Source: Acutalibacteraceae bacterium (lineage in GTDB: Bacteria; Bacillota; Clostridia; Oscillospirales; Acutalibacteraceae). From it: a DNA stretch of 64,000 bases. The DNA lies in assembly GCA_045638005.1 (NCBI GenBank), contig JAZUAN010000059.1, forward strand, positions 1,136 to 65,135, in the 5' to 3' direction. The notes below the pieces were generated by a model. The model did not search any database, was not told the DNA's origin, and saw only the letters and a list, made by a program, of their open reading frames with translations. A program made the position numbers and the translations under genes. Shown here piece after piece: positions 54,420 through 64,000 of this stretch; positions within the stretch are counted from its first letter, which is position 1, and every line of letters begins with the position of its first letter.

Positions 54420-54989
54420 ATGTCCATCATTGAATTATTACTGCTTGCAATCGGACTTTCCATGGATGCATTTGCCGTCGCCATTTGTAAAGGTCTTGCC
54501 ATGCAAAAGGCTACCCTTAAAAATGCATGTACCGTCGGTGGTTGGTTCGGTGGATTTCAGGCGTTAATGCCCTGTATTGGATATTTTTTGGTCAAAATGT
54601 TTGAAAAATACATCAACGCCTTTGACCATTGGATCGCGTTTATCCTACTCGCCTTCATCGGCATCGGTATGATTAAAGAGGCGTTCGACTGTGAGGAGTG
54701 CGCGGATGCTTCCCTTGCACCCCGCGTCATGTTCACCATGGCGGTTGCCACTTCCATTGACGCATTGGCAGCGGGTGCAACCTTGATCGTCATTCCGACC
54801 TTAGGCAAGGTCCTGTTTACCGTGCTCGCGATTGGTGTTATCACCTTTACCCTTTCCGCTATCGGTGTAAAAATCGGTAATTTCTTCGGTACCCGTTGGC
54901 GCAAAGGTGCCTCTATTGCGGGTGGTGTCATTCTCATTTTGCTGGGCACCAAAATTCTACTCGAACATCTTGAAATTATTTCCTTATAA
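54420..54989 (+). CDS. mntP: manganese efflux pump MntP
   Basis: 189 aa. The duplicated LSMDAFAVA / TSIDALAAG motif is characteristic of MntP. Confidence 0.85.
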   Translation: MSIIELLLLAIGLSMDAFAVAICKGLAMQKATLKNACTVGGWFGGFQALMPCIGYFLVKMFEKYINAFDHWIAFILLAFIGIGMIKEAFDCEECADASLAPRVMFTMAVATSIDALAAGATLIVIPTLGKVLFTVLAIGVITFTLSAIGVKIGNFFGTRWRKGASIAGGVILILLGTKILLEHLEIISL

Positions 54990-55000
54990 GGAGGGTCACT

Positions 55001-56345
55001 ATGTATGCACCCTTCAAAAAAGCGTTACCCGTTTGGGCAGACGGCATGCAGTAAGAGCGCCTTGTTACCCTCGGTCTGCACACCACTCTGATAGGTGGCG
55101 CTTACACACTGCGTATCGCTTGCGCAGGTTTTTACCGTCTGTTTGTCAATGACGTATTCACCTACTACGGCCCTGCGCGTTGCGCGGAAGGGTTTTATCG
55201 TGTAGATGAACTGCCGCTTGATCTGAAATATGCCAAATTGGTTGTTACTAACGGTGCGTTTGCGATTGACAATTTGCGCATCACTGCACTGGTTTGTCCG
55301 CAACCCATCACCGCGAAATACGAGGGTAACGATCCCCAAGTAGCGGCGGTGTTCGAAGCGGCAAAGGAAAGTTTTATCCAGAACAGTTCCGACCTATTTA
55401 TGGATTGTCCCACCCGCGAACGTGCAGGTTGGCTGTGCGATAGTTTCTTCACCGCGCGCGGAGAGAGAATTCACGGGCGAAAACATTATTGAGTATAACT
55501 ATTTAGAGAACTATCTGTTGCCCGAGAAATTCAGAGATATGCCGCACGGCATGGTGCCGATGTGCTATCCTTCCGACCATTACAACGGCTCTTTCATCCC
55601 TAACTGGGCGATGTGGCTGGTGGTCGAACTGGAAGACCGCTTGCATCGCGTCGGCGACCGCGACTTTATTCTCGCATTCCGCAAACGCGTGTATGATCTC
55701 ATCGATTGGTGCAAACAATACGAAAATGCGGACGGTTTGCTCGAAAAACTGCCCGGCTGGATTTTTGTGGAATGGTCGATGGCAAACGAATTGGTGCAGG
55801 ACATCAACTTCCCCACCAACATGATGTACGCCCGTATGCTGGACGCGGCGGCGAATATCTTTGAGGATGAGGCGCTCGCCAAAAAGGCCGCCGCGCTCAA
55901 AGAAACCATCCGCACCCGCTCGTTTGACGGTACCTTCTTCGTGGATAACGAGGTGTATGAAGGCGATACCCCCGTATCGACGGGTGAACGCACCGAGGCA
56001 TGCCAGTATTATGCATTCTTTACCGGTGTTGCCACTCCCGAAACCTATCCCGAACTGTGGAAAACGATGGTGGAGGATTTCGGTCCCGATCGTGAGAAAA
56101 CGGGCAAATATCCCGAGATCTATCCTGCCAATGCGTTTATCGGCAACTATCTGCGCTTGATGTTGCTGGAAGAGAATGGGTTGTATGCGCAAATGCTGGC
56201 TGAGATCAAAGGGTATTTCTACTACATGGCAGAACGTACCGGCACCCTGTGGGAGCACATCAGTACACAGGCGAGCTGTATCCACGGATTTGCTTCCTAC
56301 GCGATGCATTTCATCCGTGTGGCAGAAGAAAACGTAAAGGAGTAA
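55001..56345 (+). pseudogene. disrupted GH78-like (alpha-L-rhamnosidase-related) glycoside hydrolase
   Basis: MYAPFKKALPVWADGMQ, then in-frame TAA (55052-55054), then the same frame continues ...DCPTRERAGWLCDSFFTAR. A -2 shift in a GC repeat (~55460-55468) precedes AEREFTGENIIEYNY... to 56345. Confidence 0.7.
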
Positions 56346-56350
56346 TCCAT

Positions 56351-56551
56351 ATGGCGGTTCGACTCAACGAAGATAAAGAAATTGTCGCACGTATCAAAGC
56401 AGGGCTCAAAGCCAAAGACGGCTACTGCCCTTGCCGTCTGCCCAAAACCGACGAATTCAAATGCATCTGCAAAGAATTCCGAGAGCAGATCGCCGACCCC
56501 GAGTTCGAAGGATACTGCCATTGCATGCTGTATTATAAGTCAAAGGATTGA
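56351..56551 (+). CDS. ferredoxin-thioredoxin-reductase catalytic-subunit-like mini-protein
   Basis: 66 aa. CPC...CxC...CHC cysteine pattern (YCPCRLPKTDEFKCICKEF...YCHCMLY). Confidence 0.6.
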   Translation: MAVRLNEDKEIVARIKAGLKAKDGYCPCRLPKTDEFKCICKEFREQIADPEFEGYCHCMLYYKSKD

Positions 56552-56556
56552 TACCA

Positions 56557-57378
56557 ATGCCCGATTTTTCCATCGTCGCCAGCGACCTTGATGGCACCTT
56601 GTTGCTCCATGATATGTCGCTGAGTGCAGAAAACGATGCCGCCATTACCGCGATGGCCGAGAAAGGCGTACAGTTTGCCCCTGCTTCGGGCAGAACGCTG
56701 TGTGAAATGCCCGAAGCGGTGATCAACCACCCCAAAATTCGCTATTACATCTATTCAAACGGTGCGGCTATCTGGGATAAGCAGACCGATACCCACACGT
56801 ATTTATGTATGCCCCGCGCGGCTTCTAATGCCGTTTTGGATATGCTCTGTGAATACGATTGTCATATCACCGTACGACAAGGCGGCAGGTCGTATGCGGA
56901 TGCTGCCATGCATACGGATGCTGACTACACACGGTATCAGATATGTAGCGCACACCATGATGTGCTTGAGCGATACGCAGATTTCAAAGAGGATTTTATC
57001 GATTTTGCGTACACACTGGATAACGTTGAATGTTACGCCGTGTTTTTCCCTGACGACGATAAATTGGCGGAATGTAAAGAGCGTGTCGATGCGCTGGACG
57101 GAGTTTCGGTTGCTTGGTCTTGGCCGCATTGTTTTGAGATCTTCTCGGTAAATGCAGGCAAAGGATTTGCACTCCAAAAGTTGGCGGAAATGCGGCAAGT
57201 ACCGTTTGATGCCACCATTGCAGTGGGTGACAGCGGCAATGATATGTCTATGGTGAAAGCCGCAGGTCTCGGTCTTGCCACTCAAAACGCCTGTGATACA
57301 CTCAAAGAGGCCGCTGATAAGGTTATTTGCAGTAATACCGAACACGTGGCAGAATACATTTTTAAACACTATTTATAA
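56557..57378 (+). CDS. Cof-type HAD-IIB family hydrolase
   Basis: 273 aa with DLDGTLL and GDSGNDMSM motifs. Confidence 0.85.
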   Translation: MPDFSIVASDLDGTLLLHDMSLSAENDAAITAMAEKGVQFAPASGRTLCEMPEAVINHPKIRYYIYSNGAAIWDKQTDTHTYLCMPRAASNAVLDMLCEYDCHITVRQGGRSYADAAMHTDADYTRYQICSAHHDVLERYADFKEDFIDFAYTLDNVECYAVFFPDDDKLAECKERVDALDGVSVAWSWPHCFEIFSVNAGKGFALQKLAEMRQVPFDATIAVGDSGNDMSMVKAAGLGLATQNACDTLKEAADKVICSNTEHVAEYIFKHYL

Positions 57379-57380
57379 GC

Positions 57381-57417
57381 AAAAAGACGATTTCGGACTA
57401 TCCGAAATCGTCTTTTT
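57381..57417. terminator. bidirectional terminator
   Basis: aaaaagacgatttcgga-cta-tccgaaatcgtctttttt. Confidence 0.7.
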
Positions 57418-58598
57418 TATTTTCTGTCTGCTGTTGCTTTCAAACCCACAAAGCGGAGCGCGTCCTGTCGGTTGGCAATGTCCTCCACCGACACCGCTTG
57501 CATATTGCGGTACCGATGCGCTACGTGTCGCGGACGCAAAATCCCCGCCGTCACCCAACGCACGGGCCACATAAGCGGCGTGAGCACAGGGGCTTTTTTG
57601 AGGAAGGGGTATTTGAGCGCCATATCCCTATAACATGGGAAGATGAGTCTCCAAGCATAGTTCAGTTTAGCTGTTTTGGCAGAACCGCTTGCCGCGCGTT
57701 CCGCATTGGCAGTACGATGTGCCTCAGGAGTACCGTACACGCCACTGCTCCATACCTGCTGTAAAATAAACGCAACCTTTTCGGTCATCTCACCATTTTC
57801 AAGCCAAGCTGCGATCACATCCAGAATGTTGTGATAAAATTCCAGCATGTGCAATGCTTTGAGCTGCTGTTCAATATACGCTATGTCATGGAGCTTCCCG
57901 CTGCGCAGATACATCGCAATGTCTGTAAGATGGCGCAAACCAACCCCGCCGCCGCGATAATGCTTCGCAAAGTGTACAAAGACGTATAAAAACTGATCTT
58001 CAAAGGATAGGACGTGCCGATGGGTATCGCCTACACGTTGCGCCTTATCCCAACCGTCTCCAAAGATAGGGAAAAAGTCGGTTTCATAGCTTGCAAACAA
58101 CGCCTTGTGCAGTTCAAGATACAAAATACCCGGCTTTTTCCAGTTGTATTCATGAGCGCTTTCCAATTCGAAGGTAAACCCTTGTTCTTGGAGTGTCTTC
58201 TCTATGAGCGGGTATTGCTCCACACGGATGAGAATATCCACATCCCCCATGGTGCGCATGTCTGCGCTGGGATATAAATCCCGCAAGGTCATGCCTTTGA
58301 GCGGCAGATAGTCAATACCGGCATTCTCAAAAGCGGCACAAACAGCCTCCGCTTCTGCGATCTGATTTTCGGTTATGAAAATTCTTTGCCCCACCGTGCG
58401 CAGCAGCGTGCGCATTTCGGGATCGTTTTTATCCTTGCCGGCAGCGCGCGCACCGTAAAACAACATGTTTTCGATACCATGGCGCCCTGCCTCGGCTGTA
58501 AGAGCAGGCAAATCCAGCGGTGTATCCAATTTCACCGACTGCTCATTGAGCGCGCCGCGTAACACCGTCAACATTTGTTCTTTGAGTGCTGCTTGCAT
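57417..58598 (-). CDS. uncharacterised nucleotidyltransferase-family protein (NTP_transf_5-like)
   Basis: 393 aa from MQAALKEQML.... GDVDILI-type NTase motif (MGDVDILIRVEQY). Confidence 0.65.
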   Translation of the reverse strand: MQAALKEQMLTVLRGALNEQSVKLDTPLDLPALTAEAGRHGIENMLFYGARAAGKDKNDPEMRTLLRTVGQRIFITENQIAEAEAVCAAFENAGIDYLPLKGMTLRDLYPSADMRTMGDVDILIRVEQYPLIEKTLQEQGFTFELESAHEYNWKKPGILYLELHKALFASYETDFFPIFGDGWDKAQRVGDTHRHVLSFEDQFLYVFVHFAKHYRGGGVGLRHLTDIAMYLRSGKLHDIAYIEQQLKALHMLEFYHNILDVIAAWLENGEMTEKVAFILQQVWSSGVYGTPEAHRTANAERAASGSAKTAKLNYAWRLIFPCYRDMALKYPFLKKAPVLTPLMWPVRWVTAGILRPRHVAHRYRNMQAVSVEDIANRQDALRFVGLKATADRK

Positions 58599-58668
58599 GG
58601 TCACACCGCCTTTCAAAAAAGATTACCATATCATTATCTCTAATTTTAATATAAATGTCAAGAGAATA

Positions 58669-58697
58669 TTGACAGCATTATACATACATAGTATACT
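58669..58697 (+). promoter_or_regulatory. pnuC promoter with overlapping inverted repeat
   Basis: TTGACA, 17 nt, TATACT. TGTCAA (58656-58661), 7 nt, TTGACA forms a palindrome across the -35. Confidence 0.5.
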
Positions 58698-58731
58698 AAA
58701 TAAAATTCATATAGTTGATTGCCACCGGGTA

Positions 58732-58786
58732 ACATCCGTACATGCATCGTTAGGTCTTAGAAGATGCGTGTAAGGGATGTTTTTTG
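58732..58786 (+). promoter_or_regulatory. leader terminator/attenuator upstream of pnuC
   Basis: A 16-bp interrupted stem (acatcc-g-tacatgcatc / gatgcgtgta-ag-ggatgt) followed by TTTTTT, located 30 nt before the pnuC ATG. Confidence 0.6.
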
Positions 58787-58815
58787 TTTATGTAGTGAAT
58801 TTTTCGGGAGGTTTT

Positions 58816-59511
58816 ATGAAACTCAGAAATCCGTTTAAGGGGCTCACAAAATTCGAGCGGGGATTGTGGATCTGTTCCATGACCATTGTGCTGATAGCAG
58901 GGTTGTTTGGTGGTGCGAACTCCACCCTTTCGCTTATTGCCTCCCTCATTGGCGTCACTTCGCTGATATTTGCCGCACGCGGGGATGTGTTCGGTCCCAT
59001 ATTGATGGTGCTGTTTGCTGTTTTGTACGGTATTGTCTCTTACACCTTTCGCTATTACGGTGAGATCATCACCTATCTTGGCATGTCAGCACCTATCTCA
59101 CTCGCGGCGGTATATAGTTGGCTGAAACACCCGCACAAGCGCGGCGAAGTAAAGATCGCAAATATAACCCGCAAACAATGCATGATCATGCTGATAGTAA
59201 CCGTCGTTGTCACCACTGCTTTCTATTTCATTCTGGATATACTGCGTACACCCAATATAGTGTTCAGTACCATTTCTATTGCCACCAGTTTTCTTGCCGC
59301 TTATCTCACCGTTTTACGGCATCCCGCATACGCGCTTTCCTATGCCGCCAATGATGTAGTGCTCATTGTTCTGTGGGTGCTGGCGTCTTTCGATAACCCC
59401 TCTTATCTCGCCATGGTGGTCTGCTTTGCAGTATTCCTCTTTAATGACCTTTACGGTTTCATCAATTGGAAAAGAATGAAGGAAAAACAGAAAACAAGTA
59501 TGGATTTATAG
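58816..59511 (+). CDS. pnuC: PnuC-family nicotinamide riboside transporter
   Basis: 231 aa from MKLRNPFKGL... after GGGAGG. Seven to eight TM helices with PnuC-like WxxxxxNxxLIxxW features. Confidence 0.75.
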   Translation: MKLRNPFKGLTKFERGLWICSMTIVLIAGLFGGANSTLSLIASLIGVTSLIFAARGDVFGPILMVLFAVLYGIVSYTFRYYGEIITYLGMSAPISLAAVYSWLKHPHKRGEVKIANITRKQCMIMLIVTVVVTTAFYFILDILRTPNIVFSTISIATSFLAAYLTVLRHPAYALSYAANDVVLIVLWVLASFDNPSYLAMVVCFAVFLFNDLYGFINWKRMKEKQKTSMDL

Positions 59512-59513
59512 TA

Positions 59514-59553
59514 ACAAAAAAACTCCCTATCGCGTGAGCGATAGGGAGTTTTT
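59514..59553. terminator. bidirectional terminator (pnuC / tuf)
   Basis: aaaaaactccctatcgc-gtga-gcgatagggagtttttt. Confidence 0.7.
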
Positions 59554-59585
59554 TATTACTAGATCCGATCTAAGATCAGCTATAA

Positions 59586-60788
59586 TTAGCCGTTGATCTT
59601 GGAAACAACACCGGAACCGACGGTACGGCCGCCTTCAGGGATAGCGAAGCGGAGGCCTTCCTCGATAGCGATAGGAGTGATCAGTTCGACGTCCATCTCG
59701 ACGTTATCGCCAGGCATGCACATCTCAACGCCCTCGGGCAGGTTGATGACGCCGGTCACGTCGGTGGTACGGAAGTAGAACTGCGGACGATAGTTGTTGA
59801 AGAACGGAGTATGACGGCCGCCTTCGTCCTTGGACAGGACGTAAACCTGGCCATGGAATTTGGTATGAGGATTGATGGAGCCGGGTTTGCAGAGAACCTG
59901 ACCACGCTCAATCTCGGTACGCTGCACGCCGCGGAGCAGAACGCCGACGTTATCGCCAGCCTCAGCGTAGTCGAGCAGCTTACGGAACATCTCGATACCG
60001 GTAACAACGGTCTTCATGGTCTCTTCTTTCAGACCAACGATTTCGATTTCCTCGGACATGTTCAGACGGCCACGCTCCACACGACCGGTAGCAACAGTAC
60101 CACGGCCGGTGATGGTGAAGACGTCTTCAACAGGCATCAGGAAGGGTTTGGCATCGTCGCGCTCGGGGCTGGGGATGTAGCTATCCACAGCTTCCATGAG
60201 CTCGAGGATGGGAGCATACTCGGGAGCGTTCACGTCGTTGGAAGCGCACTCGAGAGCAACGAGAGCGGAACCTTTCACGATCGGGATATCGTCGCCCGGG
60301 AACTCATACTCGGAGAGCAGGTCACGGATTTCCATCTCGACGAGCTCGAGCAGCTCTTCGTCGTCAACCTGGTCAACTTTGTTCATGAACACAACGATGT
60401 TCGGAACGCCGACCTGGCGGGACAGCAGGATGTGCTCGCGAGTCTGCGGCATCGGGCCGTCAGCAGCGGAGCAAACGAGGATAGCACCGTCCATCTGCGC
60501 AGCACCGGTGATCATGTTTTTAACATAGTCAGCGTGGCCGGGGCAGTCAACGTGAGCATAGTGACGGTTGTCGGTCTCATACTCAACGTGAGAGGTGTTG
60601 ATTGTGATACCACGAGCGCGCTCTTCGGGCGCCTTATCGATGTTCGCATAGTCAGTGAAGTCAGCGTGACCGTTCAGAGCGAGCACCTTGGTGATAGCAG
60701 CAGTCAGAGTGGTCTTACCATGGTCAACGTGACCGATGGTGCCAATGTTTACGTGCGGTTTGGATCTTTCAAATTTTTCCTTTGCCAT
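59586..60788 (-). CDS. tuf: elongation factor Tu
   Basis: 400 aa from [27 protein letters not shown]. Its own promoter TTGCAT-17-TAAAAT lies upstream on the minus strand. Confidence 0.95.
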   Translation of the reverse strand: MAKEKFERSKPHVNIGTIGHVDHGKTTLTAAITKVLALNGHADFTDYANIDKAPEERARGITINTSHVEYETDNRHYAHVDCPGHADYVKNMITGAAQMDGAILVCSAADGPMPQTREHILLSRQVGVPNIVVFMNKVDQVDDEELLELVEMEIRDLLSEYEFPGDDIPIVKGSALVALECASNDVNAPEYAPILELMEAVDSYIPSPERDDAKPFLMPVEDVFTITGRGTVATGRVERGRLNMSEEIEIVGLKEETMKTVVTGIEMFRKLLDYAEAGDNVGVLLRGVQRTEIERGQVLCKPGSINPHTKFHGQVYVLSKDEGGRHTPFFNNYRPQFYFRTTDVTGVINLPEGVEMCMPGDNVEMDVELITPIAIEEGLRFAIPEGGRTVGSGVVSKING

Positions 60789-60951
60789 TGGTATTTCCTC
60801 CCTTTTATCAAAAGCATTAATTGACAGAATGTCTATGCCCATTTTACCAAGTCTGCACGGGAAATGCAAGTGTTTTCATTAGAAAACCTGCTTTTTTTCC
60901 TGCAAATTTATAAAAACAGGCAAATTGATGACCAAAAAGGTGATTTTTTGA

Positions 60952-63054
60952 TTAATCGTCCTTCTTGGAACGTTTTGCGATGATCTCATCAGCAACGCTC
61001 TTGGGAACTTCAGAATACTTGCTGGGTTCCATAACGTACTGACCACGACCCTGTGTGCCGGAACGCAGATCGGTAGCATAACCGAACATTTCGGACAGCG
61101 GAACGTATGCACGAATCTGCACAGCGCCGTTAAGGTTCTCAGAACCTTCCATCTGGCCGCGGCGAGAGCTGATATCGCCGATAACAAAGCCCATATACTC
61201 GTCAGGCGCAGTCACAACGACCTTCATGATGGGTTCCATCAGAACCGGATCGGCTTTCCGCATTGCATCCTTGAACGCCATAGAACCGGCGATCTTAAAT
61301 GCCATTTCAGAGGAGTCGACCTCATGATAAGAACCATCATACAGCGTGACCTTTACGTCCACGACGTTGTAGCCGGCGAGAACACCCGCCTGCATAGCGC
61401 CCTGGATACCGGCGTCAACCGCAGGAATATATTCCTTCGGGATAGCGCCGCCGACGATGGAGTTAACAAACTCATAACCCTTACCGGGCTCGTTGGGCTC
61501 CAATTTGATCTTAACGTGACCGTACTGACCTTTACCACCGGACTGACGTGCATATTTGCAGTCAACATCCGCCAGTTTGCGGACAGTCTCTTTATACGCA
61601 ACCTGCGGAGCGCCGACATTGGCTTCCACGCGGAATTCGCGCAGCAGACGGTCAACGATGATTTCCAGATGCAACTCACCCATACCGGCGATGATGGTCT
61701 GACCGGTTTCCTCGTCGGTGTAGGTGCGGAAGGTGGGATCTTCTTCAGCCAACTTGGCGAGAGCGATACCCATCTTCTCCTGACCGGCTTTGGTCTTGGG
61801 CTCGATAGCAACGCGGATAACCGGCTCCGGGAATTTCATGGATTCCAGAACAACCGGATGCTTCTCGTCGCACAGCGTGTCGCCGGTGGTGGTGTTTTTC
61901 ACGCCCACAACAGCCACGATGTCACCGGCGTAGATCTCGTCGATGTCTTTACGGTTGTTGGAGTGCATCTGCAGAATACGACCGAGACGCTCGTTGGAGT
62001 CTTTGCTGGCGTTGTACACGGTGGTACCGGCTTTACAAGTACCGGAGTACACACGGCAGAAACAGAGTTTACCAACAAACGGGTCAGTAGCGATCTTAAA
62101 TGCCAGCGCAGCAAACGGCTCGTCATCGGTAGAATGACGCACTTCTTCTTCCTCGGTATCGGGGTTAATACCCTTGATAGCGGGAACGTCGGTGGGCGCG
62201 GGCATATACTCGACGATGGCGTCCAGCAACTTCTGCACACCCTTGTTGCGATAAGAAGTACCGCAGCAAACCGGGATCATGGTGTTGGCAATGGTGGACT
62301 TACGGATGCAAGCTTTGATCTCTTCGATGGTGAGTTCTTCACCCTCAAAGAATTTTTCCATCAGCGCATCGTCCTGCTCAGCAACATGCTCGATCAGTTC
62401 GTCGTGATATTTCTGTGCCAACTCTTTCATATCCTCAGGAATTTCTTCCACGCGGATATCCTTGCCCAGGTCGTCATAATAGACATACGCCTTCATTTCG
62501 ACCAGGTCGATGATACCTTTAAACAGATTCTCGGAGCCGATGGGCAACTGAATCGGCACAGCATTACATTTCAGACGGTCCTTCATCATGCGAACGACGT
62601 TGTAGAAGTCCGCACCCATGATGTCCATCTTGTTAACATACGCCATACGCGGAACTTTGTATTCGTCCGCCTGACGCCACACAGTCTCAGACTGCGGCTC
62701 AACGCCACCCTTAGCACAGAAAACGGTGACAGAACCGTCGAGAACGCGCAGAGAACGCTGCACCTCAACGGTGAAGTCCACGTGGCCGGGGGTGTCGATG
62801 ATGTTGATGCGGTGCTTGTCCGCGGCACCCTGCTTATCCCAGTAGCAGGTGGTAGCAGCAGAGGTGATGGTGATACCGCGCTCCTGCTCCTGCGCCATCC
62901 AGTCCATGGTAGCGCCACCATCATGGGTCTCACCCATTTTGTAGTTAACGCCGGTGTAGTACAGGATGCGCTCGGAAGTGGTGGTCTTACCGGCATCGAT
63001 GTGCGCCATGATGCCGATATTTCTGGTCATTTCAAGAGAAACTTGTCTTGCCAT
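60952..63054 (-). CDS. fusA: elongation factor G
   Basis: 700 aa with [14 protein letters not shown]. Confidence 0.95.
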   Translation of the reverse strand: MARQVSLEMTRNIGIMAHIDAGKTTTSERILYYTGVNYKMGETHDGGATMDWMAQEQERGITITSAATTCYWDKQGAADKHRINIIDTPGHVDFTVEVQRSLRVLDGSVTVFCAKGGVEPQSETVWRQADEYKVPRMAYVNKMDIMGADFYNVVRMMKDRLKCNAVPIQLPIGSENLFKGIIDLVEMKAYVYYDDLGKDIRVEEIPEDMKELAQKYHDELIEHVAEQDDALMEKFFEGEELTIEEIKACIRKSTIANTMIPVCCGTSYRNKGVQKLLDAIVEYMPAPTDVPAIKGINPDTEEEEVRHSTDDEPFAALAFKIATDPFVGKLCFCRVYSGTCKAGTTVYNASKDSNERLGRILQMHSNNRKDIDEIYAGDIVAVVGVKNTTTGDTLCDEKHPVVLESMKFPEPVIRVAIEPKTKAGQEKMGIALAKLAEEDPTFRTYTDEETGQTIIAGMGELHLEIIVDRLLREFRVEANVGAPQVAYKETVRKLADVDCKYARQSGGKGQYGHVKIKLEPNEPGKGYEFVNSIVGGAIPKEYIPAVDAGIQGAMQAGVLAGYNVVDVKVTLYDGSYHEVDSSEMAFKIAGSMAFKDAMRKADPVLMEPIMKVVVTAPDEYMGFVIGDISSRRGQMEGSENLNGAVQIRAYVPLSEMFGYATDLRSGTQGRGQYVMEPSKYSEVPKSVADEIIAKRSKKDD

Positions 63055-63077
63055 AACTGTTTTTACCTCCTACGCGA

Positions 63078-63548
63078 TTACCATCTGTAATGAGCGAAAG
63101 CCTTGTTGGCTTCTGCCATCTTGTGGGTATCCTCGCGTTTCTTCGCAGCACCGCCGTTGCCGTTGATGGCATCGAGAATCTCGTTAGCGAGACGCTCTTT
63201 CATGGTGCGCTCAGAACGGGTGCGAGAATAGGTGGTCAACCAACGAAGACCCAGGGTCTGACGGCGTTCCGGACGAACTTCCATCGGAACCTGATAGGTA
63301 GCACCGCCGACGCGGCGAGCCTTTACTTCGAGCAAAGGCATAATGTTTTCCATAGCCTGTTCAAAAACCTCGAGGGGTTCCTTCTCGGTTTTCTCACGCA
63401 GGATATCGAAAGCTTCGTAGACGATCTTCTGGGCAACACCCTTCTTACCGTCCAGCATGATGTTGTTGATGAGTCTGGTCACCAACTTGGAATTGTAAAG
63501 CGGGTCGGGCAAAACATCGCGCTTTGCGATAGAACCTCTTCTGGGCAC
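63078..63548 (-). CDS. rpsG: 30S ribosomal protein S7
   Basis: 156 aa from a GTG start after AAGGAGGGA: (M)[19 protein letters not shown].... Confidence 0.9.
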   Translation of the reverse strand: MPRRGSIAKRDVLPDPLYNSKLVTRLINNIMLDGKKGVAQKIVYEAFDILREKTEKEPLEVFEQAMENIMPLLEVKARRVGGATYQVPMEVRPERRQTLGLRWLTTYSRTRSERTMKERLANEILDAINGNGGAAKKREDTHKMAEANKAFAHYRW

Positions 63549-63697
63549 TTTACTTCCCTCCTTCATAATGATGATATCATAGGTACTCGAAAGTGACATA
63601 CTTCCGTTGGCCACTAAAGGGCAGTGTCGCAAAGACGGACAAAAAAGCCCATCTTATATAAACTGCCGCTACTAGTGTAGCCGCGTGAAAATGTCGA

Positions 63698-64000
63698 TTA
63701 CTTACCGGCTTTCGGCCGTTTCGCACCGTACTTGGAACGGGCCTGCATTCTCTTAGCAACGCCTTGAGTATCCAAAGTACCGCGCACAATGTGGTAACGC
63801 ACACCGGGCAGGTCCTTAACACGACCGCCACGGATCAGCACCACGCTGTGTTCCTGCAGGTTGTGGCCTTCGCCGGGGATGTACGAAGTAACTTCGACAC
63901 CGTTGGACAAACGCACACGGGCGACCTTACGAAGAGCAGAGTTCGGCTTCTTCGGGGTAGAGGTCTTCACCGCGGTGCAAACACCACGTTTCTGCGGAGA
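63698..64000 (-). CDS. rpsL: 30S ribosomal protein S12 (N-terminus beyond the window edge)
   Basis: ...[38 protein letters not shown]...AKRPKAGK*. Confidence 0.9.
   Translation of the reverse strand, partial: SPQKRGVCTAVKTSTPKKPNSALRKVARVRLSNGVEVTSYIPGEGHNLQEHSVVLIRGGRVKDLPGVRYHIVRGTLDTQGVAKRMQARSKYGAKRPKAGK

Noticed and set aside
59811-63090. 337-aa and 588-aa plus-strand ORFs
   Set aside because: They are antisense shadows of tuf and fusA. The minus-strand products are unmistakable EF-Tu and EF-G.
63549-63697. A ~150-nt rpsL-rpsG spacer as a possible extra small gene or ncRNA
   Set aside because: No ORF with an RBS and no terminator are present. It is plausibly the S7 autoregulatory leader known for str operons. 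Nothing specific enough to report.
1-64000. CRISPR arrays, transposases/IS elements, integrases, prophage genes, toxin-antitoxin pairs
   Set aside because: Inspected on both strands. No regularly spaced repeats and no ORFs with the corresponding motifs were found. The only mobile-looking signals are the repeat scars around 10.0-12.9 kb.

Overview
This window looks like a chromosomal segment of a spore-forming Clostridia-type Firmicute. Supporting markers are the SCIFF peptide and its maturase, DUF1934-argS, pdaA, and the str-operon end rpsL-rpsG-fusA-tuf. Most of it is housekeeping: malQ, glf plus a GT2 glycosyltransferase, trxA, glyQS, tadA, argS, metY-metA, hemW, a dnaD/dnaI-like pair, yebC, and an HtrA gene with a two-component system. 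It also carries transporters, several under recognisable cis-regulatory RNAs. These include a cobalamin riboswitch upstream of a DUF4430 lipoprotein and an ECF S-component, and a TPP riboswitch upstream of thiT. A CzrA/SmtB-type operator precedes an ArsR regulator, an HMA protein and a P1B-ATPase. The one clear accessory region is at 10.0-12.9 kb. There tRNA-Pro(GGG) is followed by a stack of partial tRNA copies and an AT-rich type II restriction-modification cassette, bracketed by direct repeats and lacking any integrase. Features hidden from the >=60 aa ORF track include the 47-aa SCIFF precursor. They also include two paralogous ~43-aa peptides (MKKxYxSP...IPxT) with a lasso-leader-like N-terminus but no maturation genes nearby. 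Other points are a PASTA-domain protein whose kinase catalytic residues are all substituted, sitting directly after dnaD/dnaI. A gldA/F/G-DUF4340 module is fused to a sortase-substrate pair with an IAKTG signal. An orphan terminator-type leader precedes pnuC, three carbohydrate-gene relics are present, and EF-Tu has an Arg-to-Pro change. No CRISPR array, transposase, integrase or phage genes were seen.
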